A stretch of DNA of 64,000 bases from Candidatus Omnitrophota bacterium (GCA_043821285.1 JBDRCZ010000017.1:15947-79946), one strand, 5' to 3'. Shown: positions 50,801-59,961, numbered from the stretch's first letter. Notes: generated by a model not told the origin, from the letters alone. Translations and numbers: made by a program.

Positions 50801-53553
50801 ATAATTGCTGTTGGCTTGTTTTTAATGTTTCTTGCTTCTTCACAAGCCGCGATAATTTCTAATGGTTCATGGCCATTAATTTCAATAACATGCCAGCCAC
50901 AACCTCTCCACGAACCTGCGACATCCGCACTATCTACTTCTTTAGTCAAGCTATCAATTTGTGCGCCATTAGCATTTACAAATAAGGTAAGATTATCTAA
51001 CCCTAATTCCGCAATATGCCTGGCAGCCTCTGCATATTGTCCTTCCTGTTCTTCCCCATCACCGGCAATAGCAAAGACGTTGGAGTCACGTCCATGCATT
51101 TTAGCTAGAAGCGCCATACCCGCGGCATTGGAGAGTCCCATACCTAAGGAACCGGTCAAGGCTTCTATACCACGAGTACAAATCCAGTCAGTATGTCCAG
51201 GAAGTCCACTGTTTAACTCTCTTAAATGGGATAATTGCTCTTTTGAAATATAGCCAAGTTTAGCTAAAATAGAATAAACTGCTGGCGCTATATGCCCTTC
51301 AGAAATAACTAACCGGTCACGGTCTGGCCAGCGCGGGTCATTTGGTGTATGATTCATAATCCGCGTTCCATCGGAATATCGTCCAAGATATAAAGTGACC
51401 AGTATCTCAGCCGCAGAGAGCGAACCTCCTGGATGTCCTGAACCAGCTATATTAATCATCTCCAGAATATCATTACGGCACATTTCTGCGATTTTCTTTA
51501 ACATCAAGCTTTGGCGCTGCTGTTCTATATAGTCTTTTCGCCAAAAAGCACCAATTATCAAAACACCAACAAGAAATATAGTATATGCGATCAATAAATG
51601 TATTGGAGATTGAAACAGTGTCATTATTGGTATTGAAATGGTTTCAAAACGATGGCTAAATGTTTTTAGTAGTTCGACAAAAGCTAATAAAATCGCACCA
51701 ATTGTGCCCAATAAGGCATAGGGGTTGAATTGTCGAAGGGTTAAATCTTGAGGAAATATATCTGAATTGTGGGGTGAAACATTAGAATCATCCCCTTTCC
51801 TTTTTAAATATTCTATTGCTCCATTAACCACCAAAAGAGCCCTAAAATATGCCTCTAAATAATCTTCTGCTGTTGTAAGAATAATTTTTTGATCATCTAA
51901 TCCAGAACGTGCTATCGGGTGACCTAAAATGTTTTCGTTTTCAGCCATTCTTTGTGAAGCAATCTTCCGCATATGTGTCCAGTTATGAAGTTGATTTACG
52001 CCTTTCAGCGGTAATAAGAGAGGGTTTCTTATACCCTGTGAGGTATAAAATTTTTCAACATCCTCGTCTTTGAGACCTGTCTGCTCTGGCACAAAATGAG
52101 GAGTATCACTAGGATATGCAGCCTCTGCCAAAAAAACATTTGCTGTTATTCTCCCCGAAGAATAATGTTCTGTTACACATTTTAGGTAAAAAACCAATGT
52201 TCCATTTAAAGCAGAGTCAATAAAGCATACTTGCGATGTATTATTATCAATAATTCCTTCATCAATTAACTGCTCATAAGTTTGTTTTGCTTGTTCAGCA
52301 AAAACCGTGTTTGTTTTTAATGTTTCTTCAAAGGATTGTCTTAATTGTGGATAGAAATTTTCCGGATCTCCTTGTTCTGTAGTATTGCGGCGAACTTTTC
52401 GCAATGTGTCTTCAATAATCTTAAAATTGTCGCGTTTTCTTTTTTCCGGAGTAGGATGATCATCTCCTATATAACCTAACATTTTTCGATCAAGATAAAA
52501 TACAAAAGAATTATCAGGGGGAGCCCCTTTTGTCAAAAGACTCAAATAATACTCGGACTCATAGTAAATTGCTCCATCACGTGCTAAATAAACTCTTCGT
52601 CCTTCAGCAGGTAATTGTTCTAATAAATAAGGGATGATTTTAGCTGTGCCTATTAACCACATAAAAGAATCTTTTTTTTGTCTTGAAGTCAAAAAATGGC
52701 AAAGGCTTCTTAGCTTTATATTCAAACTTCCAGTAAATAAGCCTTGATTTCTTACACCTTGTTCTGTCATTACCAATAACTCTTGCTCTCTTCTTCGTAA
52801 TTCTTCTGCTATTTCTACGTTACTTCTCCATCTCAATTGGTCTGGTTTAAGAACTTGATAATGCGTGCGTACCTCATGCCCTTCGATCGGGCTTAAAAAA
52901 TGTATCGGAAATGTTGGACTTATTTCTGGTACATTAATAGAGGTTAACATCATTTCTAAATCCATGGCTATACCTTCTTCGCCGAGTGGATGTCTTAATA
53001 CTGATAATGCGCGCTCTTTAACTTTATCATTGGGGTCTTCCAATATTATTTTTTTCAAAAATTCAACAACCTTTGTTTTAGCTGTCTCACTTTTGTTCCC
53101 AACAATTCCCAAGAGCCGTATTAAATTACTGCGTGGATTGTCTAACACAACACCACCACGATAAAGAAGATCATCAGGGTCAATAATGGTTGGATCATCC
53201 CAAGCAGCGATTAAGGCATTTATCAGTATAATAGCATCGAGACTTAATAATTTTGGAGCTTCATTTCGTCTCCAAATATTAAACTGCGAAAAAGTTAATC
53301 TTAAAACTTGCGTTAGTTCTTCCCTTTTTATCTCTATAGGGTACTTATTTACTGATTGTGTAGATATACCAAGTGTATTTTGTTCAAAAGGCTCTGTAAG
53401 TGAAGACTTACTTATCTCTAAAGGAGGCGAGAGGTGGGTGGACAAATTTTTCAAATTACTATTTGCCGCCCATGAAATGTCAAGACATAAAAAAGAGTTG
53501 ATTAATATAAAGGCTGTTAGTTTGAATAAAATGTCCCGTTTTATTTTTTTCAT
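47878..53553 (-). CDS. Giant-family protein D (1891 aa): signal peptide, HEAT-like N-region, TM cluster, two tandem transketolase-like modules, C-terminal AVEQAI
   Basis: Module 1: SGHPGGSLSAAEILVTLYLGRY ... IAGDGEEQEGQYAEAARHIAELGLDNLTLFVNANGAQIDS (TPP/PP domain) plus a Tkt-C-like segment RGENPQPEQGAYVISQSEG. Module 2: degenerate PP domain (ATEKEEREGQFAE...), then a Transket_pyr-like FATRDGFGNRML...GVREQAMAGIAAGLALYGKIPVIATFDCFANRMISQIIV...GPDGSTHQSV and a Tkt-C-like RGENPSPEQGAYVIKD. Confidence 0.75.
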   Translation of the reverse strand: MKKIKRDILFKLTAFILINSFLCLDISWAANSNLKNLSTHLSPPLEISKSSLTEPFEQNTLGISTQSVNKYPIEIKREELTQVLRLTFSQFNIWRRNEAPKLLSLDAIILINALIAAWDDPTIIDPDDLLYRGGVVLDNPRSNLIRLLGIVGNKSETAKTKVVEFLKKIILEDPNDKVKERALSVLRHPLGEEGIAMDLEMMLTSINVPEISPTFPIHFLSPIEGHEVRTHYQVLKPDQLRWRSNVEIAEELRRREQELLVMTEQGVRNQGLFTGSLNIKLRSLCHFLTSRQKKDSFMWLIGTAKIIPYLLEQLPAEGRRVYLARDGAIYYESEYYLSLLTKGAPPDNSFVFYLDRKMLGYIGDDHPTPEKRKRDNFKIIEDTLRKVRRNTTEQGDPENFYPQLRQSFEETLKTNTVFAEQAKQTYEQLIDEGIIDNNTSQVCFIDSALNGTLVFYLKCVTEHYSSGRITANVFLAEAAYPSDTPHFVPEQTGLKDEDVEKFYTSQGIRNPLLLPLKGVNQLHNWTHMRKIASQRMAENENILGHPIARSGLDDQKIILTTAEDYLEAYFRALLVVNGAIEYLKRKGDDSNVSPHNSDIFPQDLTLRQFNPYALLGTIGAILLAFVELLKTFSHRFETISIPIMTLFQSPIHLLIAYTIFLVGVLIIGAFWRKDYIEQQRQSLMLKKIAEMCRNDILEMINIAGSGHPGGSLSAAEILVTLYLGRYSDGTRIMNHTPNDPRWPDRDRLVISEGHIAPAVYSILAKLGYISKEQLSHLRELNSGLPGHTDWICTRGIEALTGSLGMGLSNAAGMALLAKMHGRDSNVFAIAGDGEEQEGQYAEAARHIAELGLDNLTLFVNANGAQIDSLTKEVDSADVAGSWRGCGWHVIEINGHEPLEIIAACEEARNIKNKPTAIIAKTKKGKGVDFMEDDPTAFHGRALNDKELSEAIPQIENTIENISQQMNFYGFSTDVDRFISDNQMTEQEENNLSKESTLQKTDTTTIPDRTNYAQDEEVSPSVAFKNRLLQWAEKDERIVFIFNNSDSKQRFIDEFIAQITDEDIRNKLIERCFLVEDREQHLASFAAGFGYSGMLPIVFLPENDAMKMLDQLRINAQARVPFILAAESEELSFTPGVMDLMHNVIALEPGDPNETNELTDMAIKNALLLAKITNKAPTSLNIPDEYTASYIRLSSADLPVIDRGENPQPEQGAYVISQSEGWDTAKKRVILISSGKSLHQTIKVSNELESQGTMTKIINVTQLDSLGAGSELLEYIEPGSRILTIYDGLPVCLGDAVSRTVTSSSKTAGSVVWSMSDKDIENIIEVAKELVDGKEKPTDGLMKIDFSPQEIFPAGMRLSLAAGIAFGAKMDTASGRVIALATEKEEREGQFAETARFAAHNGIDNLCLVLQASETNTELVNIWQAYGWRVIELNANNNQEQAEILGQTFEQLNKDNTGKPVLIITRGFDEHIMATTIMEALNGMVPYKIGEFNLLIYSNIKQTQEPEPVQMTMLQTPAEIRYQANRNFATRDGFGNRMLDWGKRVEKIIAFCADIASSTRLNWFARDFGIFSRHNTNGRYVPSGVREQAMAGIAAGLALYGKIPVIATFDCFANRMISQIIVIARAKLPVIVALSHAGLGVGPDGSTHQSVIVAGVIRYISFLQKMTGFIPADAREAEEAVDFAMHRALDGKGPSYLQLTRQNVPVLNRGENPSPEQGAYVIKDPRENGQNSDIIIIAAGAMVEFAIAASEQLESQDITAKVINLTRLDLIDEALPPLLERGVPIITVQDASPKILSGAVSKVVTSSLLTTGSTVTSLGIQGWGQSARSHEILYRAHKMDTAAIIEAAIKIVEQQRLDPHDNNPGQLTTMPKQPPALTELEWNEMLAVEQAI

Positions 53554-53756
53554 GATTTGTAGATATGTTTATCCATTCCAGATTTTAAAATTCCCCGCCA
53601 TAATGCGTTGACAGGCAGATTCAAAATTTAAATATTTTCTTTGAAACAAGTGTCACATGATTAATCTGATTTTTTATCCTTCTTTATCCTATTAATCCTG
53701 TCTATTTTTTCTGCTTTTTTGTCTTCCAAATTCTGACTTCTGTTTTCTATCACAGT

Positions 53757-55227
53757 ACTTTGTTAAAAATCAGGTCTTTTCAAAAAAATCATTTACGTAA
53801 GTCGTGAAAACTCATAACTTATGTAATTTCAATACTTTACGTTAATTTTTTCCTTGACAATATCCACAACTCCTGCTATGGTATATAGTTGTAATCAAAC
53901 CACCGTAACACACAACAGGAGGTGGATATGGGTATTTTTAATCTCACTATTTCGGTAATCAATAATTTCTTATTTCGTTTTAAACCTGCCTTCTCAAAAA
54001 AACAATTTATCGTTTTCTCCTTCCTGATCTATGCTTTGTTTAAAGACTACAAGAGAAATTCCCTTTATGCCCTCGCCTCTAAAACTCCAATCAACTATCA
54101 GGCTTGTCAGTACTTCTTATCTGAAGGAAAATGGAGTATCGATGATCTTAATAATATAAGGTTAAAAATTATTGAACATCAAAGAACTACTTCTGCTACT
54201 TCCTCCGGCGTCTTAGTTATTGATGATACTTCTCCTAAGCCTTTTGCTAAAGCTACCGCCGGTGCTAAACGTCAACACTGTGGTGTCTTAAATCGTGAAG
54301 AAATCTGTAATGTTGCTGTATTCTCTGCCTTCGCCTCCAAAACTAAACGCTTCCCGATAAACCTTAAATCTTATCTCCCCGCTGAAAAATTCTTATTTGG
54401 CAAAGAGGATGTAGATTTTAAAAGTAAGCTCGATCTTGCCCAAATATTAGTCGATGATGCCTTAGAAAGAAAAATTAAATTCTCTTCCCTCGTCATAGAT
54501 GCATGGTATGCTCAGTCTTCACAATTCCTTGAGTTTGTTCACTGCCAGAGAAAACTGCCCTTCATTGGTGAATTAAAGTCCAATCGTAACATCTTCTTTT
54601 ACCATCCGCTAAAGCGGAAACACTGCTGGATCCAGCAGGATGAGCTGGTGAAACTCATCAAAAAACATTATCCGCATAAGTGTAGGTTTTTTACCTCCAC
54701 GAGCAAAGATGGTAAGAAGAAGTCTTGGGTCTTCTACACCTTCAAGGGACTGCTGAAAGATTGTTCTGTTCCCTTAAGCATAGTGGTGATCTTTGGTAAG
54801 TGGGATAATCAGGATGATAAGAATGTTCATATCCTTATCTCCAATCAGACCCGCCTGGCTACTAAGACCATCATTTCCACCTACCTGCTTCGTTGGGGAA
54901 TAGAGCTTATCTTCAGGGAGCTCAAGGATGTCTTCTCCTTTGACCAATACCAGGTTAGACATACCAAACAGATCGAACGTTACTAGACACTATGCCTTAT
55001 TGCATGGAGCCTGTTATATTGGGTCAAACAAAATGCCTATCTTACCAAAATCCTTGAGCATAAACCTGCTACCTTCTATGACTACAAACAGGCCATTGAC
55101 TCCTTACTCCTTTATGATGCTCATCAGTCTCTTTCAAAGAACAGTCATCTTGCTCAGAAATATTTTAAAATTAAATCGGATAATTTTAAACAGCAAATCG
55201 CTCGCGTTGCCTGATTTTTAACAAAGT
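53757..55227 (+). mobile_element. IS element (IS4/IS701-like DDE family), 1471 bp, perfect 18-bp terminal inverted repeats ACTTTGTTAAAAATCAGG
   Basis: Left repeat at 53757-53774 and its exact reverse complement at 55210-55227 (extendable to about 24-29 bp with 2 mismatches). Single transposase ORF inside. Inserted within the leader of giant gene D, between D and the terminator of E. Target-site duplication not clearly resolvable (CTAT/TAT). Confidence 0.7.
53922..55212 (+). pseudogene. DDE transposase of the IS, interrupted by an in-frame TAG at 54984-54986
   Basis: Track ORF 53922..54986 ends ...YQVRHTKQIERY*. The same frame continues TLCLIAWSLLYWVKQN...QQIARVA to a TGA inside the right terminal repeat (about 55212). 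The Y-x2-R-x3-E ... K tail typical of IS4-type transposases straddles the TAG. TAG is a genuine stop elsewhere in this window. Confidence 0.5.
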
Positions 55228-55285
55228 CCTGTTCTATCATTTAAAACATATAGTAGACAGCAAACTGTACACTGTAAACGGTAAA

Positions 55286-55313
55286 CTAAAAATTGCCGAT
55301 GGCAATTTTTTTA
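55286..55313 (-). terminator. Terminator of giant gene E overlapping its stop codon
   Basis: AAAAATTGCC-GAT-GGCAATTTTTTT; minus sense ...GCAATCTAA AAAAATTGCCATCGGCAATTTTTAG. Confidence 0.6.
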
Positions 55314-58300
55314 GATTGCCTGTTCCACGGCCAAAACCGTATTCAATCCTACTCCTTCAAGTAGCGGAAGTAAAGACATCAATTTCTGCATAGGCTTTTC
55401 ACCCTGCTGTCTGCAACCATCTGGAGTGTCTTTTCTTTCTCCATCTTCCATGAAACTCTGAGAAGCTAAATATCTCATTAGTTCTCCTGTTTGATTAGGA
55501 TTGGTTACTCTTACTATCGTAATATTTTCAACTTTAAGAACTAATCGATCATTACCTCCACTCCAAAATTCATCACCAATATATATGTCAGCTGCTGCAT
55601 CTATTACAGCCGCGGCTTTATCTTCTAAGTTTTCAGTATGTTCTTCTACAAAATCTCCCATTTTTTCATCATAGATGAATTTATGATACCCCGGTTCAGA
55701 GGATATGGTATAAAGAACAAGATTTTTTAATAAACCCTGCTTATCTTTCGGGATAGCAAATAATACCTGGCCTTTTACATTAAATATGTTTCCGCCAGTA
55801 ATTATTCTTAGCTTATATCCAACCTCAAGTAAGTTAAGGAATGCATCCAGATTATCTTCTCCGATTATTCCCCAGTAAGGAACAAGTGTGCCATCCATAT
55901 CTATTCCTATAACCTGAATTTCTTCTAACGGTACATGGCCATTTATAATATCATGGACATTTAATGGAGTATTTTGGGTTGTATCTACTGGGGATAGCGT
56001 GCCAAGTGTTTGTTTTGGGACAAAACTGTTTTCTTGCTCACGCTTTGCTATAAATTTACGGTGTGCAAGGACAATAAAGGTAGAAAGTGCAAGACCTTTA
56101 CCCTGCAATTCTTCTACTGTTTCACGGTTATCTTTAAGCTGCGGATCTAAATATGCCGCCAATAATTGCATAAGCAAAGGTTCATTAAGTAATAAATCTA
56201 CTCCCACGTTAACTTCTTGATAAAGTTTTTTTGCCTTTACATAGTCTGAAAAAAGTTCTCCTAATAACGAGGATTCATTGGTTAATTCCGCATACAAATT
56301 ATCGAATATTTCTTCTACAGATATTAATATATCATTGTACATTTCATCAGAAAGATGGCTTCTTAAAAATTCTTCTTGTTCTTGTACTTTCCACGGAGGT
56401 AGATATTTACTTCTCAAACCGTATTGATTTAAACATTGCTCTAACTTATAAAAGATTATTTGTTCAAGAACACTCTCATTATCAACTTTACTGATCAAAT
56501 TTTCTGGCAAGCGGTTTTTAATAAGATTTTTAAGCAGTGTACCAGTCGCCGATGTACTCAATCCGGTTCCATCAGCAAGTGAGTTTGGTGTCCATTCAAA
56601 AGGCAGCCATTCTGACACAACTATTCCGTGAAGATACTCTCTTCCAAAAGATATTCTTCCTCTTGTTCCTAAACCAAAAGTGTGAAGTTGAATGCCAAAT
56701 TGTTCGTTAAGCTTAGCATTTGTAACAGTGGAAGAGTCAGAATTTTTAAGAAGAGCAGCGAAATGTGCTTCAACCTCTGCTAATGAATCAAGCAAACACC
56801 TTGCTTTATGAAGAGTTACACCAGTTTCAACAATATCATCAATTATAAGAACGTTGCGGTGTTCTCTGAGATACTCGACGACCTTTGTATCATTTAGAAA
56901 TAACCGCAGGTCTTCAGGAGAATCTAAAGAGTATACATCTCTTTCAAAACCCAAACGCACCCTTTCAGCTTCTGTCAATAATGACCAAATTATTGTTGTT
57001 AAATTTAACTTTTGAGTAATAATCCAACTTTGGAATTCAGGTATTTCCTTATTAAATAAGTTATTCGCTTTTAACTGAGTAAGCAAAATTTCCAATGCTT
57101 TGGCAATTGGATCAGCTCCTTTTGAGGGAAAGATAACTAAATTTATATCGTGTTGGATTAAATATTTAACAATAGGAAGAAGTATAGGAGCAAATTGCAA
57201 AACTTGTATGTCTGTTCCTAAAGAATCTATGTCTCCAATTTCTTCACCTAATGCAGCTTCGACCGCCTGCCGAAGCTTTCCAGTATATCTGGAGCGATAA
57301 GGACTACGCAGATATCCTTCAATCGTTGGCAAGTTTTTTGCGATCTCCTTTTCAAGCTCTTCTTCAGCCCTCAAAAACATCTGATGCCCTGTTTCTGTCC
57401 TGAATAAAGTTTCACCCAGAAAATTGCCGTCATCTTTGCCTGATTTTTCATAAAGTCTATACTCTTCTTCAAGGCGCTCTTTATTAGTTTTAAATCTGGC
57501 TCGGATCTGTTCAGGTGTTATTTCTATTCCCGCAGCTTCTAAATCAGCAATAATCCCTTGATAAGTACACATAAATAATCTGTCTGCCTCACGCCATACT
57601 GTTATTAATCTATAAAAAGAAGAAGCATTAGCAAAAGGCCCTTCAAAATTAAACAAAAACTGTCCTTTTTCATATAAAGAAGTATCAACACCCATATTTC
57701 TAAGCTCTACTAAGGCCTGTTCAATAGAAGGATTATCATGAGCTTTTACCACACCACAGATTAAATTTACATTTACATCAGTTGCACTTAAAATACCGGT
57801 TGAAATTAATTGTTGGATTAATTCCCTAATCATTTCGGGGGCTTTTTTCATATGCGCAAGCCTAAACGCGATTGTGTTCTGCGCTAATTCTTTTGCCTTT
57901 AACGAATTTCTCTGTTCAATTTTCTTGCGTATTTGAATAATTCTTGCCCGTGAGCCTTCTAACTTGGCGTACCCAATATCATGTAATAAGGCTAATATTG
58001 CTGCGTTTTTAAATTCTTCATAGGTAAAATCTTCTCCTAATCCAATCTGCACCGCGTTCTCTAAGACTTGAGTATGATGATTTACAGGGTTGCCATTTGC
58101 TCCAGCTTTAAAATGAGGTAAGGCGCTCCAAAAAAGTGTGAAGAGAATATTTTGAATTTCTTGTTTTTGCTGGTCTGTAAATGTGCGGTCTTTTTCAATG
58201 CGGCTTAGTGCATTTTCCAAATTCTGAACTGCTAAACTTTTCTTACACTGAACAAGATAGTAGCCATTCTTTTCTTCAATTACTGCTTCTAATCCATTGT

Positions 58301-59036
58301 CTGTAAGAAATTGTTCAAATTCTGCTTTATTAGAAAAACTAAATCGACCACGTCCAGCGTTTATTGGTTCGGCAATCAATATTTCACCTTCTGAACTAAC
58401 TGCCCGAATATACTCCTTTAATAACTGATCACGTTCTTCACGATTACTAAACATGGTAAAGAACCGAATGCTGACCACTTTAGAAAAACTTCCGTCTTTA
58501 AACCGCATGTCCAAGGCACTGGCTTTTACCAAATCAACATTTTTGCTATCTTGCTTTCTATTTTGAGCAATGTTAAGTAAAATTTCATTGGTATCTAACC
58601 CTGTTATATGTTTGCAAAATTGAGAAATATAAAAAGTGAAATGTCCGGAACCACAACCTATTTCTAAAACTTCATCATCATTATCAATATTAGCTTCAAG
58701 CCAGTCTTTAGGGAAGTCTACAAGATAAGATGCAAGCGTACGATCATAAAAATAGGAAAAATATATCTTTTTGAGCCAATCAACGAGTCTTTCAGTCCAA
58801 GACCTGTGAGGAGAAATATCTCGTGTATCGTTAGGCAGCTTTAGCTGAGTTATATTTATTGTTTCTGCAACGTGTTCTTTAAGAATAGAATTATTTATTT
58901 GCAAAGGCGGAGCAAGGTGGGTGGACAAATTTTTTAAATTACCATTAGCAGCCCAGGAAATATCTAAGCATAAAAAGGCGTTAATTAATATAATCGCTGT
59001 TAGTTTGAATAATATATTTTTTTTAATGTTCAACAT
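55311..59036 (-). CDS. Giant-family protein E (1241 aa): signal peptide, class I SAM methyltransferase, HD domain, type I phosphoribosyltransferase-like and HAD-like phosphatase domains, C-terminal AVEQAI
   Basis: MTase motif I VLEIGCGSGHFT; HD: H..H ... LLHDIGYAK; PRTase: VLIIDDIVETGVTLHKA; HAD motif I VIGIDMDGTLVPYWG. N-terminus MLNIKKNILFKLTAIILINAFLCLDISWAANGNLKNLSTHLAPPL. SD GGAGA 8 nt upstream. Confidence 0.75.
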   Translation of the reverse strand: MLNIKKNILFKLTAIILINAFLCLDISWAANGNLKNLSTHLAPPLQINNSILKEHVAETINITQLKLPNDTRDISPHRSWTERLVDWLKKIYFSYFYDRTLASYLVDFPKDWLEANIDNDDEVLEIGCGSGHFTFYISQFCKHITGLDTNEILLNIAQNRKQDSKNVDLVKASALDMRFKDGSFSKVVSIRFFTMFSNREERDQLLKEYIRAVSSEGEILIAEPINAGRGRFSFSNKAEFEQFLTDNGLEAVIEEKNGYYLVQCKKSLAVQNLENALSRIEKDRTFTDQQKQEIQNILFTLFWSALPHFKAGANGNPVNHHTQVLENAVQIGLGEDFTYEEFKNAAILALLHDIGYAKLEGSRARIIQIRKKIEQRNSLKAKELAQNTIAFRLAHMKKAPEMIRELIQQLISTGILSATDVNVNLICGVVKAHDNPSIEQALVELRNMGVDTSLYEKGQFLFNFEGPFANASSFYRLITVWREADRLFMCTYQGIIADLEAAGIEITPEQIRARFKTNKERLEEEYRLYEKSGKDDGNFLGETLFRTETGHQMFLRAEEELEKEIAKNLPTIEGYLRSPYRSRYTGKLRQAVEAALGEEIGDIDSLGTDIQVLQFAPILLPIVKYLIQHDINLVIFPSKGADPIAKALEILLTQLKANNLFNKEIPEFQSWIITQKLNLTTIIWSLLTEAERVRLGFERDVYSLDSPEDLRLFLNDTKVVEYLREHRNVLIIDDIVETGVTLHKARCLLDSLAEVEAHFAALLKNSDSSTVTNAKLNEQFGIQLHTFGLGTRGRISFGREYLHGIVVSEWLPFEWTPNSLADGTGLSTSATGTLLKNLIKNRLPENLISKVDNESVLEQIIFYKLEQCLNQYGLRSKYLPPWKVQEQEEFLRSHLSDEMYNDILISVEEIFDNLYAELTNESSLLGELFSDYVKAKKLYQEVNVGVDLLLNEPLLMQLLAAYLDPQLKDNRETVEELQGKGLALSTFIVLAHRKFIAKREQENSFVPKQTLGTLSPVDTTQNTPLNVHDIINGHVPLEEIQVIGIDMDGTLVPYWGIIGEDNLDAFLNLLEVGYKLRIITGGNIFNVKGQVLFAIPKDKQGLLKNLVLYTISSEPGYHKFIYDEKMGDFVEEHTENLEDKAAAVIDAAADIYIGDEFWSGGNDRLVLKVENITIVRVTNPNQTGELMRYLASQSFMEDGERKDTPDGCRQQGEKPMQKLMSLLPLLEGVGLNTVLAVEQAI

Positions 59037-59553
59037 AATAAATATCTCCAGTTATTTAATTTTAAATGTCCCGCCTATCAAACCGGCGACAGGCAAATGA
59101 ATCATTAAATAATTCAATCTTTAAAATTTATTTATGTAATTTGTGTGATTTGTTGTTAATAAAATAAGTACTTGAAATCTTTCTTTGTGTGCTCCGTGTC
59201 TCTGTGTGACAAATCTAATATTTTTGTTTCGCTTGTCCGCCGTGCTCTGTTTGGCGGGTCATTCTGGTTTCGTTATTCGTTATTAAATTATCCTGTCTAT
59301 CATCCACAATGATTGGCGGATCTTCAATTTTTTATATTTTCTCTGTGAACTTTGCGAGCTCTGTGGTGATAAATTTTTTATTTTTTTTTACCGCGATACT
59401 CAATACTCATTGCTTTTTATAGTGTGCGCTCTGTGATGATAATTTTTGTTTTGTTTTTTTAGCCACAATGCTCAATACACAATACCCGATACTTAATCAT
59501 ATTACTTTTCATAATGCCTTGTTATAAATAAATTTATAACATCTTTTAAATAG
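59037..59553 (-). promoter_or_regulatory. Long conserved 5' leader of giant gene E (about 515 nt)
   Basis: RNA sense contains at least 6 CACAGAG motifs, TATTGAG/TATTGTG heptamers, an AATCCTGTCTAT box, and the stem-loop GTCGCC-GGTTTGATA-GGCGGGAC 50 nt before the ATG. Collinear blocks shared with the gene B leader. Confidence 0.5.
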
Positions 59554-59560
59554 TTTTATA

Positions 59561-59589
59561 AGTATACCATATAATTACGCAATTTTCAA
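59561..59589 (-). promoter_or_regulatory. Near-consensus sigma70 promoter of giant gene E
   Basis: Minus sense TTGAAA-N17-TGgTATACT, read from + strand AGTATACCATATAATTACGCAATTTTCAA. Confidence 0.55.
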
Positions 59590-59933
59590 GGGTTTGGGGA
59601 AATTTTTTTTGATTTTGTGATTTCTATGCTTATTGTTTTAACTATTTGGTATTAAAAAAGATATGGCATAGAAAATTAACAACAGCATTATTTAGGCAAG
59701 AATTGATTATATTTTTATTAAAGAAATAAATTGTAAGAGAAAATAATTATTACGATTAGATTTTATTGATTCTAAAATTTTAAATAAATTTTAACTTTAT
59801 TTTTCACCACAGAAAACACTGAGCCCACAAAGAAAAACTTGATACAAATCATACAAATATTTACATGCATAGCCTTCTTCCGTATAATCTGATTCTGCCT
59901 GCCTCCGGTAGGACGGTAAACAGTAAACGGTTA

Positions 59934-59961
59934 ACAAAAAGTTGCCATAGGCAACTTTTTA
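59934..59961 (-). terminator. Terminator of giant gene F overlapping its stop codon (covarying stem)
   Basis: AAAAAGTTGCC-ATAG-GCAACTTTTT. Relative to the C, D and E terminators, the A:T pair is replaced by G:C on both arms, a compensatory change. Confidence 0.6.

Noticed and set aside
53618-53650. Residual promoter GTGACA-N16-TATTTA for gene D downstream of the IS
   Set aside because: The -10 is weak and I have no independent support. Mentioned only under the IS finding.
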